The notes beneath the pieces are model-generated. The model did no database searches. It saw nothing but the letters and a program-made list of their open reading frames with translations, and was not told the DNA's origin. Source: Eledone cirrhosa (lineage: Eukaryota). From it: 64,000 bases of DNA. Made by a program: the position numbers and the translations under genes. Within the stretch, counting starts at the first letter, position 1; each line of letters opens with the position of its first letter. Below are positions 10,243 to 23,049 of the stretch, piece by piece. The stretch lies in the NCBI GenBank assembly GCA_964016885.1, contig OZ024742.1, forward strand, positions 263,872,001 to 263,936,000, written 5' to 3'.

Positions 10243-12228
10243 GTGCAACAATATCCTCAAAGCAACAGCAAATACAGTGAGGAAACTACTTGGTATAAAA
10301 GCGAGAGGAAACAACAGACAAGAAAGAGCAGAGCCATGGTGGAAGAAACGACTGAGGCGGAACATACTAAAACATTCTGGAGAGGAATATGGGAGCAGGA
10401 TGTTAGACATAATGACCAGGCAGGGTGGATTGAGACAGTACTGAGGGAGATCGGTGAGCAGGCACACCAACAAACTGATTTGAGTATCACAGTTGAAACT
10501 CTTAAGGGGCAGGCCAAAAAACTAACCAACTGGAAATCACCAGGCCCAGATGGTGTGCAGGGGTATTGGATTAAAAATTTAACATACCACCACCCGAAAC
10601 TGACGGCCATGTTCAATGACTGCTTGGTGTCGGGTGAGGTGCCAGAGTGGTTGACAAAAGGTACCACAGTTCTGATAATGAAAGACCGAATCAAGGGTAA
10701 TGATGTTACCAACTATAGACCTATCACATGTCTGTCCGTAATGTGGAAACTGTTGACGGGCATTGTGTCTGAGGAAATCTACCATCACCTCCACACAAAC
10801 AACTTGTTACCGGACGAACAGAAAGGATGCCGAAAGAAGTCCCGTGGTACAAAGGACCAGTTACTTATTGATAAGATGGTAATGGGGAATTGCAGGAGGA
10901 GACACACTGATCTTGCCATGGGATGGATAGACTACAGAAAGGAATTTGACATGGTGCCTCATTCTTGGATCACCAAAAGCCTGGAGATCTTCAAGGTGGC
11001 AGATAACATCAGACAGTTGCTGCGCATGAGTATGGGGTCCTGGGAGACAGAGTTGACATCAACTGGAGAATCCTTGGGAAGCGTGAAGATCAAGAGAGGT
11101 ATCTTCCAGGGAGATAGCCTGTCCCCTCTGTTGTTTGTCCTTGCCCTGGTGCCCTTGACCATTATGCTGCGAAAAGTGAGAGCAGGATACAAGTTGGGAA
11201 AGGGAGAGCTTACCATCAATCACCTCCTCTTCATGGACGATCTTAAGCTCTTCGGGAAGAGTGAGAAGGAGTTGGATGTGCTTGTTGACACTGTCCGTAT
11301 TTTCAGCAGTGATATATGTATGCAGTTTGGTATTAGTAAGTGTGGAGTCATTGTGATGAGGAGGGGTAGGTTGAGCAGAAGTAACGGAATCCAGATACCA
11401 ACAGGTGAGATGATAAAGGAAATTGACTCTGAGGAAGGATACAAGTATTTGGGCGTTCTGGAGGCTGATGGCATAAAGAACAAAAAAATGAAGGAATTGT
11501 TAAGAACTGAATACATTCGGAGAGTAAGGAGCGTATTGAAGTCACATCTGATCAGCAGAAATGCCATAAGCGTAGTAAATTCCCGAGCTGTGTCCATTAT
11601 TAGGTACAGTGCGGGAATTCTGAGATGGAATGTTGCTGAACAAAAAGAAATGGATAGGAAGACTAGGAAGCTATTGACTATCTACAACATTTTCCACAAG
11701 AGGAGTGATGTCGATAGACTCTACCTAAGGAGATCTGAGTGTGGAAGAGGTCTCATCAGCATAGAGGACTGTGTTCAGATAGAGAAAAACAACCTATACA
11801 AATACGTGACTGATAGTAAGGAGCCAATGCTCAGAACTGTACTGAAGGAGGGGACGATAGGCCAGGGGATGTCCAAGGAGGAAATAACATCAAGGAGAAA
11901 GAGCAGCCTTCAGGGAATATCCCTTCATAGTACCTTCTTTGAGAAAACTGAATTTAGAGATCCACAGACATGGAACTGGTTGAGAAGAGGAGATCTCAAA
12001 AAGGCTACAGAAGGAATGTTAATGGCTGCGCAGGAGCAGGCCCTCAAAACGAAGTGGTTGAAACACCATATTTACAAGGAGGAGGCTAGCCCACTGTGCA
12101 GGATCTGTGGAGAGAGAGAGGAGACTGTGGCTCACATTGTATCCGAGTGTAAACACCTAGCCCAGAACCACTATAAGGGCTGGAGACATGATGTGATGGG
12201 CAGGGTGAATCCACTGGCACCTGTGTAA
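10243..12228 (+). pseudogene. RT and zinc-knuckle portion of the R4/Dong-like element
   Basis: 661-aa ORF with all core RT motifs; frameshifts at both ends. Confidence 0.85.
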
Positions 12229-12260
12229 AGTAAACAATTTACCACATTCTGAGAAATGGT

Positions 12261-12671
12261 ATGAGCATAGGCCAAGAGGTGGTGATGGAGAACGATCAGG
12301 TGAAGGTGCTGTGGGATTTTAGGATACAGACGGACAAGAAACTGGAACACAATAGACCTGACCTGGTGGTTGTGGACAAAGAAAAAAGATCGTGTCTGAT
12401 TGTGGATATGGCCTGCCCATTCGACACGAGAGTGCAAGAGAAGGAGAGGGAGAAAATTAACCGATACCAGGACTTAAAGTGGGAGGTAAAAAGGATTTGG
12501 AAATGCCATGAAGTCAAAGTGATCCCGATTGTCATAGGCGCACTGGGGACTGTCACCAGGGGTTTCCAGGGATGGTTAAAGAAAATCAGCCCCTTCACGC
12601 TTTTTGGAACGCTTCAAAAGGCATGCTTGCTGGGAACAGCAAGAACCCTCCGATACGTCCTGAATATCTGA
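12261..12671 (+). pseudogene. RLE (PD-D/ExK) endonuclease portion of the R4/Dong-like element
   Basis: VLWDFRIQTD, NRPDLVVVD, IVDMACPFD, EKINRYQDL, PIVIGALG. Confidence 0.85.
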
Positions 12672-12867
12672 GGCTGCAGGTAGTGGCTTGATATTCATTC
12701 CAACGGACTTTCCAGTTAACCAACATCAATGACTGAGATTCAAGGAATAATAATAATATCTATACTTATATATAATCTCTATATATATAATCTATATATA
12801 TATAATCTAATTATAATCTATATATAATCTATATATAATCTTATATATAATCTATATATATATATAT

Positions 12868-13456
12868 AAATAAGACAAGGGTAAGATTGTGTATTACCCA
12901 ATTACCAGTAAGAAAATTAGCTCAATGTAAAATATCAGATATACTACAGAGCAGAAATACAACATAGAAAACAATCAAATTTTTGTTTAATGCATTTAAT
13001 TGTTAATCATCGTTTCTACCAGACAAAAGTCTGGAATCATCGGAACATATACAATGACAAAACAAATAAATTCCTAATCCTTAGAACATTCATTAAGATA
13101 CATTATATTTGAGAAGACTAATTATAATTGTTAGTGTCAGTTACAATATATTGAAGAGTAAGAGAAAAAGAACATTATAATAAAAAGATAGTAATAAAGT
13201 ATTGAAAAGTATTTTAAAGAGAACCTCTTTGAAGCTATATGATATATGCAAGGAATATTACTTATAAATCATTTTATAAAGAATATAAATAATAGCAGAG
13301 AGCATGCAGATATAAGATATCTTAATGAGTGTTCTAAGGAATACAAATTAAATATGTTTTAACATTATGTATACTCCGATGATTCCAGACATTTGTCTGG
13401 AAGAAAAACAATCGTTAGCAATTAAATGCATTAAACAAAAATTTGATTTTCTATGT

Positions 13457-13460
<4 letters not shown>
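12868..13460. mobile_element. Fold-back element H1 (diverged arms 12958-13100 / 13318-13460) with hammerhead-like cores
   Basis: Imperfect inverted repeat between TA-rich tracts. CCGATGA-TTCCAGAC-attt-GTCTGGAA-GAAA at 13376-13406 (+), mirrored at 13012-13043 (-). The tail 12868-12957 resembles the reverse complement of 21990-22060. Confidence 0.7.
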
Positions 13461-13492
<32 letters not shown>

Positions 13493-13495
<3 letters not shown>

Positions 13496-14981
13496 TGATT
13501 AATCTTCAGAGCAATCCTCAGCATTCGTGTGGCACCCATCCTCCATCTGAGTGAGTTTCTTGGTCAGTGTCTAAGTCTCAGACCCGTACAGCAGCACATA
13601 CCCCACTACAGCAATGAAGAGGCGGATTTTCAGGTCTTTACGAAGGTCCGACTTCCACACAGATCTTAAGCTGTGGCACACCGCCCAGGCTTTGCTCTTC
13701 CTCTCAACCACATCATCTTCCGTATTCCCAATCTTTTCTCCCAAATACAGGAAGTCCTGAACCAATTCTAGCGGCTTCCCGCCTACATTAGTGATCCCCT
13801 CTGGCTTCTCAATATTCTCTACCAGATATTTTGTTTTAATCTCATTGATTCTCAGCCCCACACTCATCCACACAGTCTCAATCTCCTGCATCAAATCCTA
13901 TGCCTCTTTCACTGTATTTGTCACCAAAACTATGTCGTCGGCAAATTCAGCATCCGATATCTTTTTCGCCTTAACTCTCCTGCTCTGAGCCGGTGCTACA
14001 GTAAAGCCAGAGTCCTGGTGTTTCTCCAGTGCAAGGCGCATACAATAGTCCACTACGATGATAAAAAGGGAGGGAGCCAATGTATCTCCCTGGAGCACTC
14101 CAGCTAGTATCTCAAAGAACTCTGTCATCCCATCAGGTGTAATGACTTGGGCTTTGGTGTTGGTGTAGAGCAGTGATATCAGGTCCACTATCTTCTTGGG
14201 GATTCCATAAGCCTGTAAGATCTTCATTAGGCAGTGGCGGTCCATAGAATGAAAGGCCTTCCTAAAGTCAATGAAAACCATGACCGCAGGAAGGTACTTT
14301 GCTCTAGCTCCCTCTAATATCCTCCTCAGCATCAGGATGTGACTGGTGGTTGATCTTCCCTCTCTGAAACCGTTCTGGTGTCCCTGAGCTTCTTCTCCAT
14401 CTCAAGCTGGATCCTGTTAAAAATCATCCTGTTGAGGGTCTTTGCCACAAGTGAAGTCACTGAGATCCCCTGTAGTTGTTGGTGTTAGAGAGATCTCCCT
14501 TCTTTGGCACTGGGACGATGTTACTGATCCTCCACTGATTCGGGGAAACTCCTTTCTCCAGTGCCTGGTTACAGAACCCCAGGATGATATCATCAAAATC
14601 ACACCTCTTCATCACCTCTGATGCCACTCCATCTTTTCCATGAGCCTTGCCCTCCTTGATCTTCTTGGCTCTCAGTATAAACTGAGGATGAAAACCTCAG
14701 AGCTGTATGGGAGCCTCCCAAAAGTCAGCTCAAAATTGACACAGAGGAGACTGAGGTTAGCTGGACATGCTCACCCACATCCAGAGTTGACATTGCACTC
14801 AGTGCTCCTGTGGGAGCCCCTTCATGGACACACTGGAAGAGGAAGACCAAGGTTAACGTATGTTGTTGCCCTAAGGACAGATACTGGTCCGTTGGAGACG
14901 CAGGACATGGCAGCGATAATGAGAGACAGAGACCGCTGGAGAGAACTCGTCCATGGATCTCTGGAATTTAAACCGCCCTAG
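13493..14981. mobile_element. RTE-clade LINE with inverted 5' part (13493-14668 minus, 14670-14981 plus)
   Basis: RT motifs VFIDFRKAF, GVLQGDTLAP and FADDIVL on minus; 3' end on plus; (TA)n on both sides. Confidence 0.88.
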
Positions 14982-15070
14982 AAATATATATATATATATA
15001 TAGTGAAAAATGGAACGGGAACAAAACAGAGAGGCAGTACGAACAAAAGTTTATTAGTTTCACGCTCTTG

Positions 15071-15104
<34 letters not shown>

Positions 15105-15107
15105 GGG

Positions 15108-15137
15108 CGTTTCGGGCATAAGCCCTTCTTCAGGCGA
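15108..15137 (-). ncRNA. Partial hammerhead ribozyme (PLE terminal remnant)
   Basis: Minus strand reads CTGAAGA-a-GGGC-ttat-GCCC-GAAAcg. The stem III/I region is replaced by poly-C. Confidence 0.55.
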
Positions 15138-16078
15138 AAAGTGTGTGGGAAGAGAGTTCCAAGGGTGTGTAGGGGAGTTGGGGAGAGACATTTAGAAAGA
15201 AGGGGGGGGGGGGCGGGCGGTGGAAGGGGTACAAATGAAAATAAATATAAAAAAATAATAAAAATAAAAATAAACATGAAGATAAACAAGTGGTGGAAGG
15301 CTGTGGGGCGTGTAGGGGTGGTGGCGGGTGGAGTGGGCAGAGGGAGGCGGGGTGTCCGAGCGGGGAGGGCTGAAGGTGGTGTGTGTGTGTAGGTGTACGT
15401 GTGTGTGTGTGTATTTGAATGTGAGAGTTGGGGGAAGAACGAGGTTCCATGTTCAGGAAAAGGTGTGTGTGTGTGGGGTGGGGTGTAGGTCGGTGTGTGC
15501 GTGCGCGTGTGGATGGGGAGGGGTCAGAGGAGTGGGGTAGGGGGAGAGTAGGATGTTAGTATCGTTAGTTAGATATATATATATATATATATATAAATAT
15601 TAATCATATATATATATATGTGTGTGTGTGCGCGCGTGTGTGCGCGTGTGTGTGTATGTGTGTGTGTGTGTGTTGTGTGTGCGTGTGTGTATGTATATAT
15701 GTATGTGTGTGTATGTGTATGTGTATGAAAAGAGAAAACATTTTCAAATGTAATTGATATGAACACATTTTGAGGTTTATTTAATTTCAAACAATGACAT
15801 TTATTCTCTACACAATGGTGATCCCTACATGATCAAGCAAAGACGGGACATGAACCAGTAATATGTAGAGGCATGATTGAAACAGCTCAACACAGTCCCT
15901 TCACTGACATTCGAACACTTACTGATTTTCGAGGTGTATTTTACCTTGCTCTAGGGTTCTTATATATTTGATATATATTTATCCTTATCGAGCCCTCTTT
16001 GGATTTTAGTCTTCACACTTATTATTACTATATAATATATATATATATATATAGATATATAGATATATGATGATGATG

Positions 16079-16650
<572 letters not shown>

Positions 16651-16674
16651 CAAAAGATTTGGACTCTCAAGCCT

Positions 16675-16899
16675 ATACTTAAGTTTCGTTGGGTTCTGCA
16701 CTCCAACTCATTCAGCCTGTTATAAAATTGAATAAAGATGACCTCCGGTAGTTGAATTTGGTTTCTTTTCTGAAGTATATGCCTTTGTTTGAACTCGCGA
16801 ATAATTTTTAGAAATGAAACCAAATTCAACCACCGGAGGCAATCTTTATTTATAGCAGACTGAATGAATTGGAGTACAAACCCCCCAAAACTTAAGTAC
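16675..16899. repeat. Imperfect inverted repeat (MITE-like or fold-back)
   Basis: tacttaagtt...ctccggtagttgaatttggtttc pairs with gaaaccaaattcaaccaccggag...aacttaagta. Confidence 0.6.
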
Positions 16900-17781
16900 C
16901 TGTATATGCCACTGTTGTAACTATTTATACTTACCTCGTCTAATGGACTAAGTCCTCTAACCCTTGGATATTTCTACCAAACTTTTACTAAAGTATATAC
17001 ATATATATGTAACACGAAGTGTAAGTCAACAGGTTAAAATAAACTTCGCTTATTCATATTTGCTGTTATATATATTTAGGTGTTAGCCATTATGCAACAG
17101 CTATGACCTCATCGGACAGCGAGAATTTGAACAGAAAAAAACAGAAAAACATAATGATGGAATAAAGTTTACTTCTGTAAATTCGATTTTTTTATATGCT
17201 CAATGTCGAAGTATGGTGTTTTTTCAAAGCATTGGTCTCATATGCACAATTCAATTCAAGCACTTGACGTAATGTTACTTAATCAAAATAAAGATGACGG
17301 AAAATACGAAGTTGCAGATGTTAAAGAGTCCTTTATTAACAAAGCTGTGATACATATTTCAATGACGATGATGGTCAGTTGACCAATCTCGTGATTTCAT
17401 CAGACAGCAAAATTGAGTAAACGGTTACGTTTCTGAAACAATCCTATATTCAAGAGAACGGAGAAACAGTTATGTTTTTGCTGGGATAGTCCATCCCCTT
17501 GTGAAATTCAGAACATCCCGACAGCCCTGGGAGACGCAGAGGTGGAGGAAGTTGACCACTTAACTACCATCCAAATTAATACTACTCTGTGTGAGTCACC
17601 CCACACATCAGTCCCCCACCACCTCAGCCGGCAACCTGATACGGTCACAGAGAGTTCAATTCAGCCACAGAGTTTTTGTTTACTACTAATTTCGGTATCC
17701 AGCAGAATTCTGTGTTTGGGGCGAGAGAATATAATGATCATTAACCACAAAGTGAGAATATAACTTAATGTTATATATATA

Positions 17782-18822
17782 TACTAGCAGCTGAGCCCGG
17801 TTGCACTCGGGGCCACTTTTTATTAAGTTAATTTGAAAAATATTATTGTAAGTTTATTATAAAGAAGCAGTTTCAGGAAAAAACATAGAAATATGCACTT
17901 TGGGCTGGACGGCATACAATGAGAAGTGGAGCGACGTGAAAAGCGTTGTTTATTAACAGCGAAATAGCAATGCCGATGATATGCAAGTTTGAAAATGCAG
18001 ATTATGAAGGTTTGTATGATAGTTTATACTTTGATTGCCCTGGTCAGCAAGAGGGGCCTCTATATATTAGACGTTTATTAGAAGAGGGGGAAATAACTAA
18101 CCCCAGTATTAGAACAGGGGGTTCGCAATGTAAGGGTTTTATTTCTTTTGTTAGAAAACAGTGACCTTTTTCGGTTTGGCATTTCGTAAAATTCTACTGC
18201 AGAATCGATTTCATAAAATGGTACTGTATGATCGTTATAGAAGTATTTAAATTTAATATAGAGCAACTGTAATTGAAAAATGAAAATGAAACGTACCGTA
18301 GAAGGCAACAGTTTATTAACAGCGAAATAACGTTGTCTTTGATATGTTATTTTAAATAAGACAATGAATATGTATTAGAATAAAAATAAAATAAAAATGA
18401 TAGTGCATATTTTTATTTTTTTTCCTGAAATTTTCAAGAATATTTTTTTTCCTGAAGAATATTTTTTTTCCTGAAGAATATTTTTCAAAAACAGCGAAAG
18501 AACGTTGTGTTTGATATGTTATGAAAAAATTGATGAGTTTAAAAATTTGTATGAAATTGTAAATAAGACAATTAATATTGAAAGCGACTACGGAAAATAA
18601 CTCATCCAAGTATTAGAACAGGGGGAAATAACTCACCAGAAGCGATAGTAAAAGGACCGTTTGGGGGCCCTAGGGACCCCATTTTTCAAGTTTCTATTTG
18701 CTTCCTTGGCACTTTTTACATAGGTGTGTAAATTTTCATGTCCGTCCGACCACGTCTACTACCATTTAACCGTGCACAACTGAATTTCAACCACCACCCA
18801 TTTCACAAATATATATTAGATA
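17782..18822 (+). mobile_element. Non-autonomous Helitron/Helentron-like element
   Basis: Starts tactagcagctgagcccggttgcactcggg (subterminal hairpin), has internal short repeats and ends atatatattagat. Similar starts at 19497 and 49872. Confidence 0.5.
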
Positions 18823-19496
18823 TATAGTTTACATTGTGGCAGCTATTGTAATATTATTAACCCGTTTTAATACCAAACGGCCTAACACTGGCTTGGATTT
18901 ATGACACATACTGTTGCTTTATAATGTTTAGAGTGAGCATGTGTAAGTAGAAAATCAAATATATTTCTCATTGGAAAAATTACAGATCAACAATTAAAAG
19001 TTAGAAATTACAAAGTTAGAAACTAAAAAATTTAAAAAATCAAAGATTTAGACACCAGTCGAATATAATAAAATAATAGAAACTGTATTCAAAATTGAAT
19101 ATTAAATGTTGATAGTTGGTGATTAACAATTGAATGTTATTAATTTGTTATGAAGTCAGACTAGAAAAAACTGGCATCTTAACGAAAATGACAGTTGAAA
19201 TTTAAAGTATAGAACGTAATAATTAGATAATCATATAATTGATATCCCAATCAATCCGGTAGAGACCAATAAGAATACATATAGAGGGATGTAGGAGGAA
19301 GTATAAAGAAGAAAAGATGAAAGGAAAAGAGGAAAACAGAAATTATAAAGAAAAAATAAAGGAAAAAATATGACAAATGTCTGAGTGGGAATAAGGTAGA
19401 GGTGACGAATTATAAACTGAATCACTTATCATAGTGTTTCCGTGGTGATCAACTGTGGGTACAATGAAGGTAATTCCAGTATTGTTTATATATAAT

Positions 19497-20659
19497 ACTA
19501 ACTGAATGACCCAGCGTTGCCCGGGTTACTGATGTTCATTTTCAGATTAGTAAGCAATAAATATGAAGATATATTTTTTTCTCATAATTATTTAAAAAAA
19601 TAAAAAAAATAAAAAATAAAAATTGTAATGATAATAGAATTTAGAAATGAAAATCTGTCAATCTTGAAGCACCCCAAAGTAAACAATATTCATTGTGTAA
19701 TTTGTTTTTGGTGTGCAAATGAATAAATCGTTGCTGCCTCCAGCTCATGACCAACGAACATAGAGTTGACCGTGGGAGAAGCATGTAGTACAGAGATCAA
19801 GTCCAACTACCCTGAGTGATTGACGCTGAGATTTGTTAATTGAAATAACAAAACTGAGTTTGACTGGAAACTGAAGCCTCTTAAATTCAAATGGAACATC
19901 TGTAGGTATGAGATGAATTTTTGGAATAAAGACTATTTTCAATATTGTAAACAAATAAGTATCAACGTCCCCCCCCCCAAAAAGAAATATATATATTAAT
20001 CTCTATCTTTGTATGCAGTTTAAATTAACTCACACACATACACTCTCACATACACTCACACACATATACTTGTCAGTCGTCACATATGTATATGTATGTC
20101 TGTTCATACAAATACACACAACTTATAAAGAACACTCACAGACGTGCATTCATACAAATACACAGAGTTTTACCCCCAGCGTTCGTTATGTCAGTCATCA
20201 TCACAGAAATGTTTGTATACTCACACACACATACACTCTCACGTACACTTAGCTACATAAACATGTCATTGTCACATATGTATATGTATGTGTGGATATG
20301 TGTGTGTGTGTGTGTGTTTAATTCTCTGTGTATCTGATTAAATATTTACGTGAAGATGTATGTGTATGTAACTTACTAAGGAGTAACGTACGTAACGAAC
20401 GTGCAAACCCACACATACTCACAGACACATACACGCTCATACAAAATATGATGACGTCGTTGTGTTATAAAATATCCGTTTACTTAGTTGTCTATCTGGT
20501 AGATTATTTTAGATAAAGTGTTATATTGTTTTGATCCAAATGAAAATAAAAATGACATTTTAATCCCGGGGACTAATACTATTACCTTGCAAAATTTGAT
20601 TTGATTTGGTCAAGCCGTTTGAGACTACATAAGGAAAAGACAGACAGACAGAGAGAAAG

Positions 20660-20670
<11 letters not shown>
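19497..20670. mobile_element. Helitron-like element containing a PIF1-type helicase remnant
   Basis: Start tactaactgaatgacccagcgttgcccggg; end gacagacagac...ttttatata; helicase fragment inside. Confidence 0.55.
19745..19940 (-). pseudogene. Helitron PIF1-like helicase C-terminal motifs
   Basis: IPKIHLIPTDVPFEFKRLQFPVKLSFVISINKSQRQSL...CFSHGQLYV resembles the R.QFP...F..TINKSQGQ..FSHGQLYV consensus. Confidence 0.85.
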
Positions 20671-20689
<19 letters not shown>

Positions 20690-20690
<1 letters not shown>

Positions 20691-20846
20691 ACGAAGGAAG
20701 TGTGGTAAGGAACAAGATGGACCATAAAGCACCAGAGTACTCAATACTTAGGGTAGTAGAGTGGGTAATAGGAAAATGTTTAACCCCGACGGCAGAGCTC
20801 AAGCCGTTTCGACGGCTTGAGCTCTGCCGTCGGGGTTAAACATTTT

Positions 20847-20850
<4 letters not shown>
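20690..20850. mobile_element. Fold-back element H2: perfect 39-bp-arm hairpin 20769-20850 plus one-sided tail
   Basis: Arms 20769-20807 / 20812-20850 with loop TTCG. The minus strand contains a hammerhead 3' half, GAAA-CGGC-ttgagctct-GCCG-TC. (TA)n on both sides. Confidence 0.8.
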
Positions 20851-20934
<84 letters not shown>

Positions 20935-20959
20935 CATATATATATATATATATAGAGAG

Positions 20960-22149
20960 AGAGATTACAATAATCAAATTTCAGTTTAAATCATTTATTT
21001 GGTTACAATTGTTTCCTCCAAGTCATTTATTCGCATATTCCTCCAGTCATTTATTCGCATACACCTGTAACCTTTAAATAAGTAACATATTCTAGAAACA
21101 CCATTAATGTAATTTAGGATAATAAATATTACTAAGAAAACCAGCTAGTTACCTCCCCTTACGCATTAATTCCCCTTGGTCATACAGACACTTCCGGAAT
21201 ATAATATCATCACACAAAACTAAACAACGTGATCTATTAATTAAGAATCGACAAGATACGGTTTATAACTTGGTTATAAGCTGAACCATCGTGAATTATA
21301 TGATAGACCCGTGTTCTATATATTGCGTCTCATGGATTATGTGAGTGGTGGTGTGAGCGAAGACAGCGGTACTGTTTTACCTACGATACAATATGGTTTA
21401 TAATATGTTTGAAATTTTTGATATTTTGGTGTTTCTCTACATTCGGGACCGTATATCATACAGGTGTATGCGAATAAATGACTTAATAATTCAGCCCACA
21501 TAATAATATCGATTGCCTGCTTCAACTGCCTGACCCTGCAAATAACATTCTGACGCACTCTAATCCTGTATAAATAAGACACGCGTGCATGCTACACGTG
21601 AGATTGTTTCATACACTGACTACTCTAAACTTTCCTCTTGCTTTATCTTCATAGACTGCCAACGCTTCATTTTTATTTTCATTTTTATTTTTATTTTTAT
21701 TTTTATTTTTATTTTTATTTTTATTTTTATTTTTATTTTTATTTTTATTTTTATTTTTATCCTTTAACCTTTATATGTAAATTGCCATACTATATCATTT
21801 TGATGGATGTCTTCCCACTGTGGATCAATATGTGCATATGTCTTATATGTCTCTTGTGTTGAAAAGGAGGTCAAGTATGTTATAGATCACTAAATAGTTG
21901 CTCCGAAGAATCCAAACCTCGGTTTGGAGGAAACAATTGTAAGCAAATAAATGATTTAAACTGAAATTTGATTATTGTAATCTCTATATAACTGCTCTGT
22001 AAAACAACCGATGTTATTACATTGAGCTATTTATCTTACTGGTAATAAGATAGTAATTAATGACTATCTTTCACTATTTAAGGTTTGTATAAAAAATATA
22101 TTACCATAAAAGGTTTTATTACATACATAACCATAAATAGTATCCTTAA

Positions 22150-22152
<3 letters not shown>
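20960..22152. mobile_element. Fold-back element H3 (terminal inverted arms 20960-21021 / 21924-21985)
   Basis: Inverted arms, a second internal inverted repeat (21044-21068 / 21459-21484), (TTTTTA)n at 21670-21760, a tail to 22152 and TA flanks. Confidence 0.75.
21895..21949 (+). ncRNA. Type I hammerhead ribozyme (CCGAAGA core variant)
   Basis: tagttgct-CCGAAGA-a-TCCAAAC-ctcg-GTTTGGA-g-GAAA-caattg-TA-agcaaata. Confidence 0.7.
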
Positions 22153-22205
<53 letters not shown>

Positions 22206-22288
22206 TGTGTGTATATATATCATTTCTCGTCTGGATCACACACCTCCGATTCTCTACAAGCCGAAACCGCTTGGCGTTGCAGTCGCCC

Positions 22289-22481
<193 letters not shown>

Positions 22482-22968
22482 GTGAATGTGAGTGTGTATG
22501 TGTGTGTGCGTGGCTGCGTGGACAAGGAGTACGCTTCGCAGCCATGTAAAATAGTATTCATAAAATCGATAGTGGTTGTCACGCATATAAGCAATAGTTA
22601 AATCAAATATTTATTATACTGGTTACTGCTACGCGCGAAAACCATTACCGTTGTTTATAAAAATCTAATTTCATCTTTCTCTCTCTACCCCCTTTTGGAC
22701 AAAAGTCTCTATATTTCTTTCCTTTCTACTGCTACATTTTGCATCTAAACCCTTGTCCGTTCACAAGTCGCACAAGTACTTTTATATGTTGCTAGGTAGA
22801 AATATTTCTTTATATTCACATGCATTGTACATTTTCTGTCCGGCTACTTTGTTTTTGGTTTATAATATCTATATCTCTGGCATCTAAATAAATAGTTAAG
22901 GTGCTCTATGACCTGGCTATACTAATACAATTCATCCTCATGTATGACATTTATTATTTATTATATAT

Positions 22969-23049
<81 letters not shown>

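Larger units (their letters stand above)
10219..12757 (+). mobile_element. 5'-truncated, frameshifted R4/Dong-like non-LTR retrotransposon (RT + CCHC + RLE endonuclease)
   Basis: WKSPGPDG, NYRPITCL, GIFQGDSLSP, HLLFMDDLKL, CRICGEREETVAHIVSEC, RHD, then RPDLVVVD...IVDMACPFD...EKINRYQDL in another frame. Ends in (AAT)n. Confidence 0.88.
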
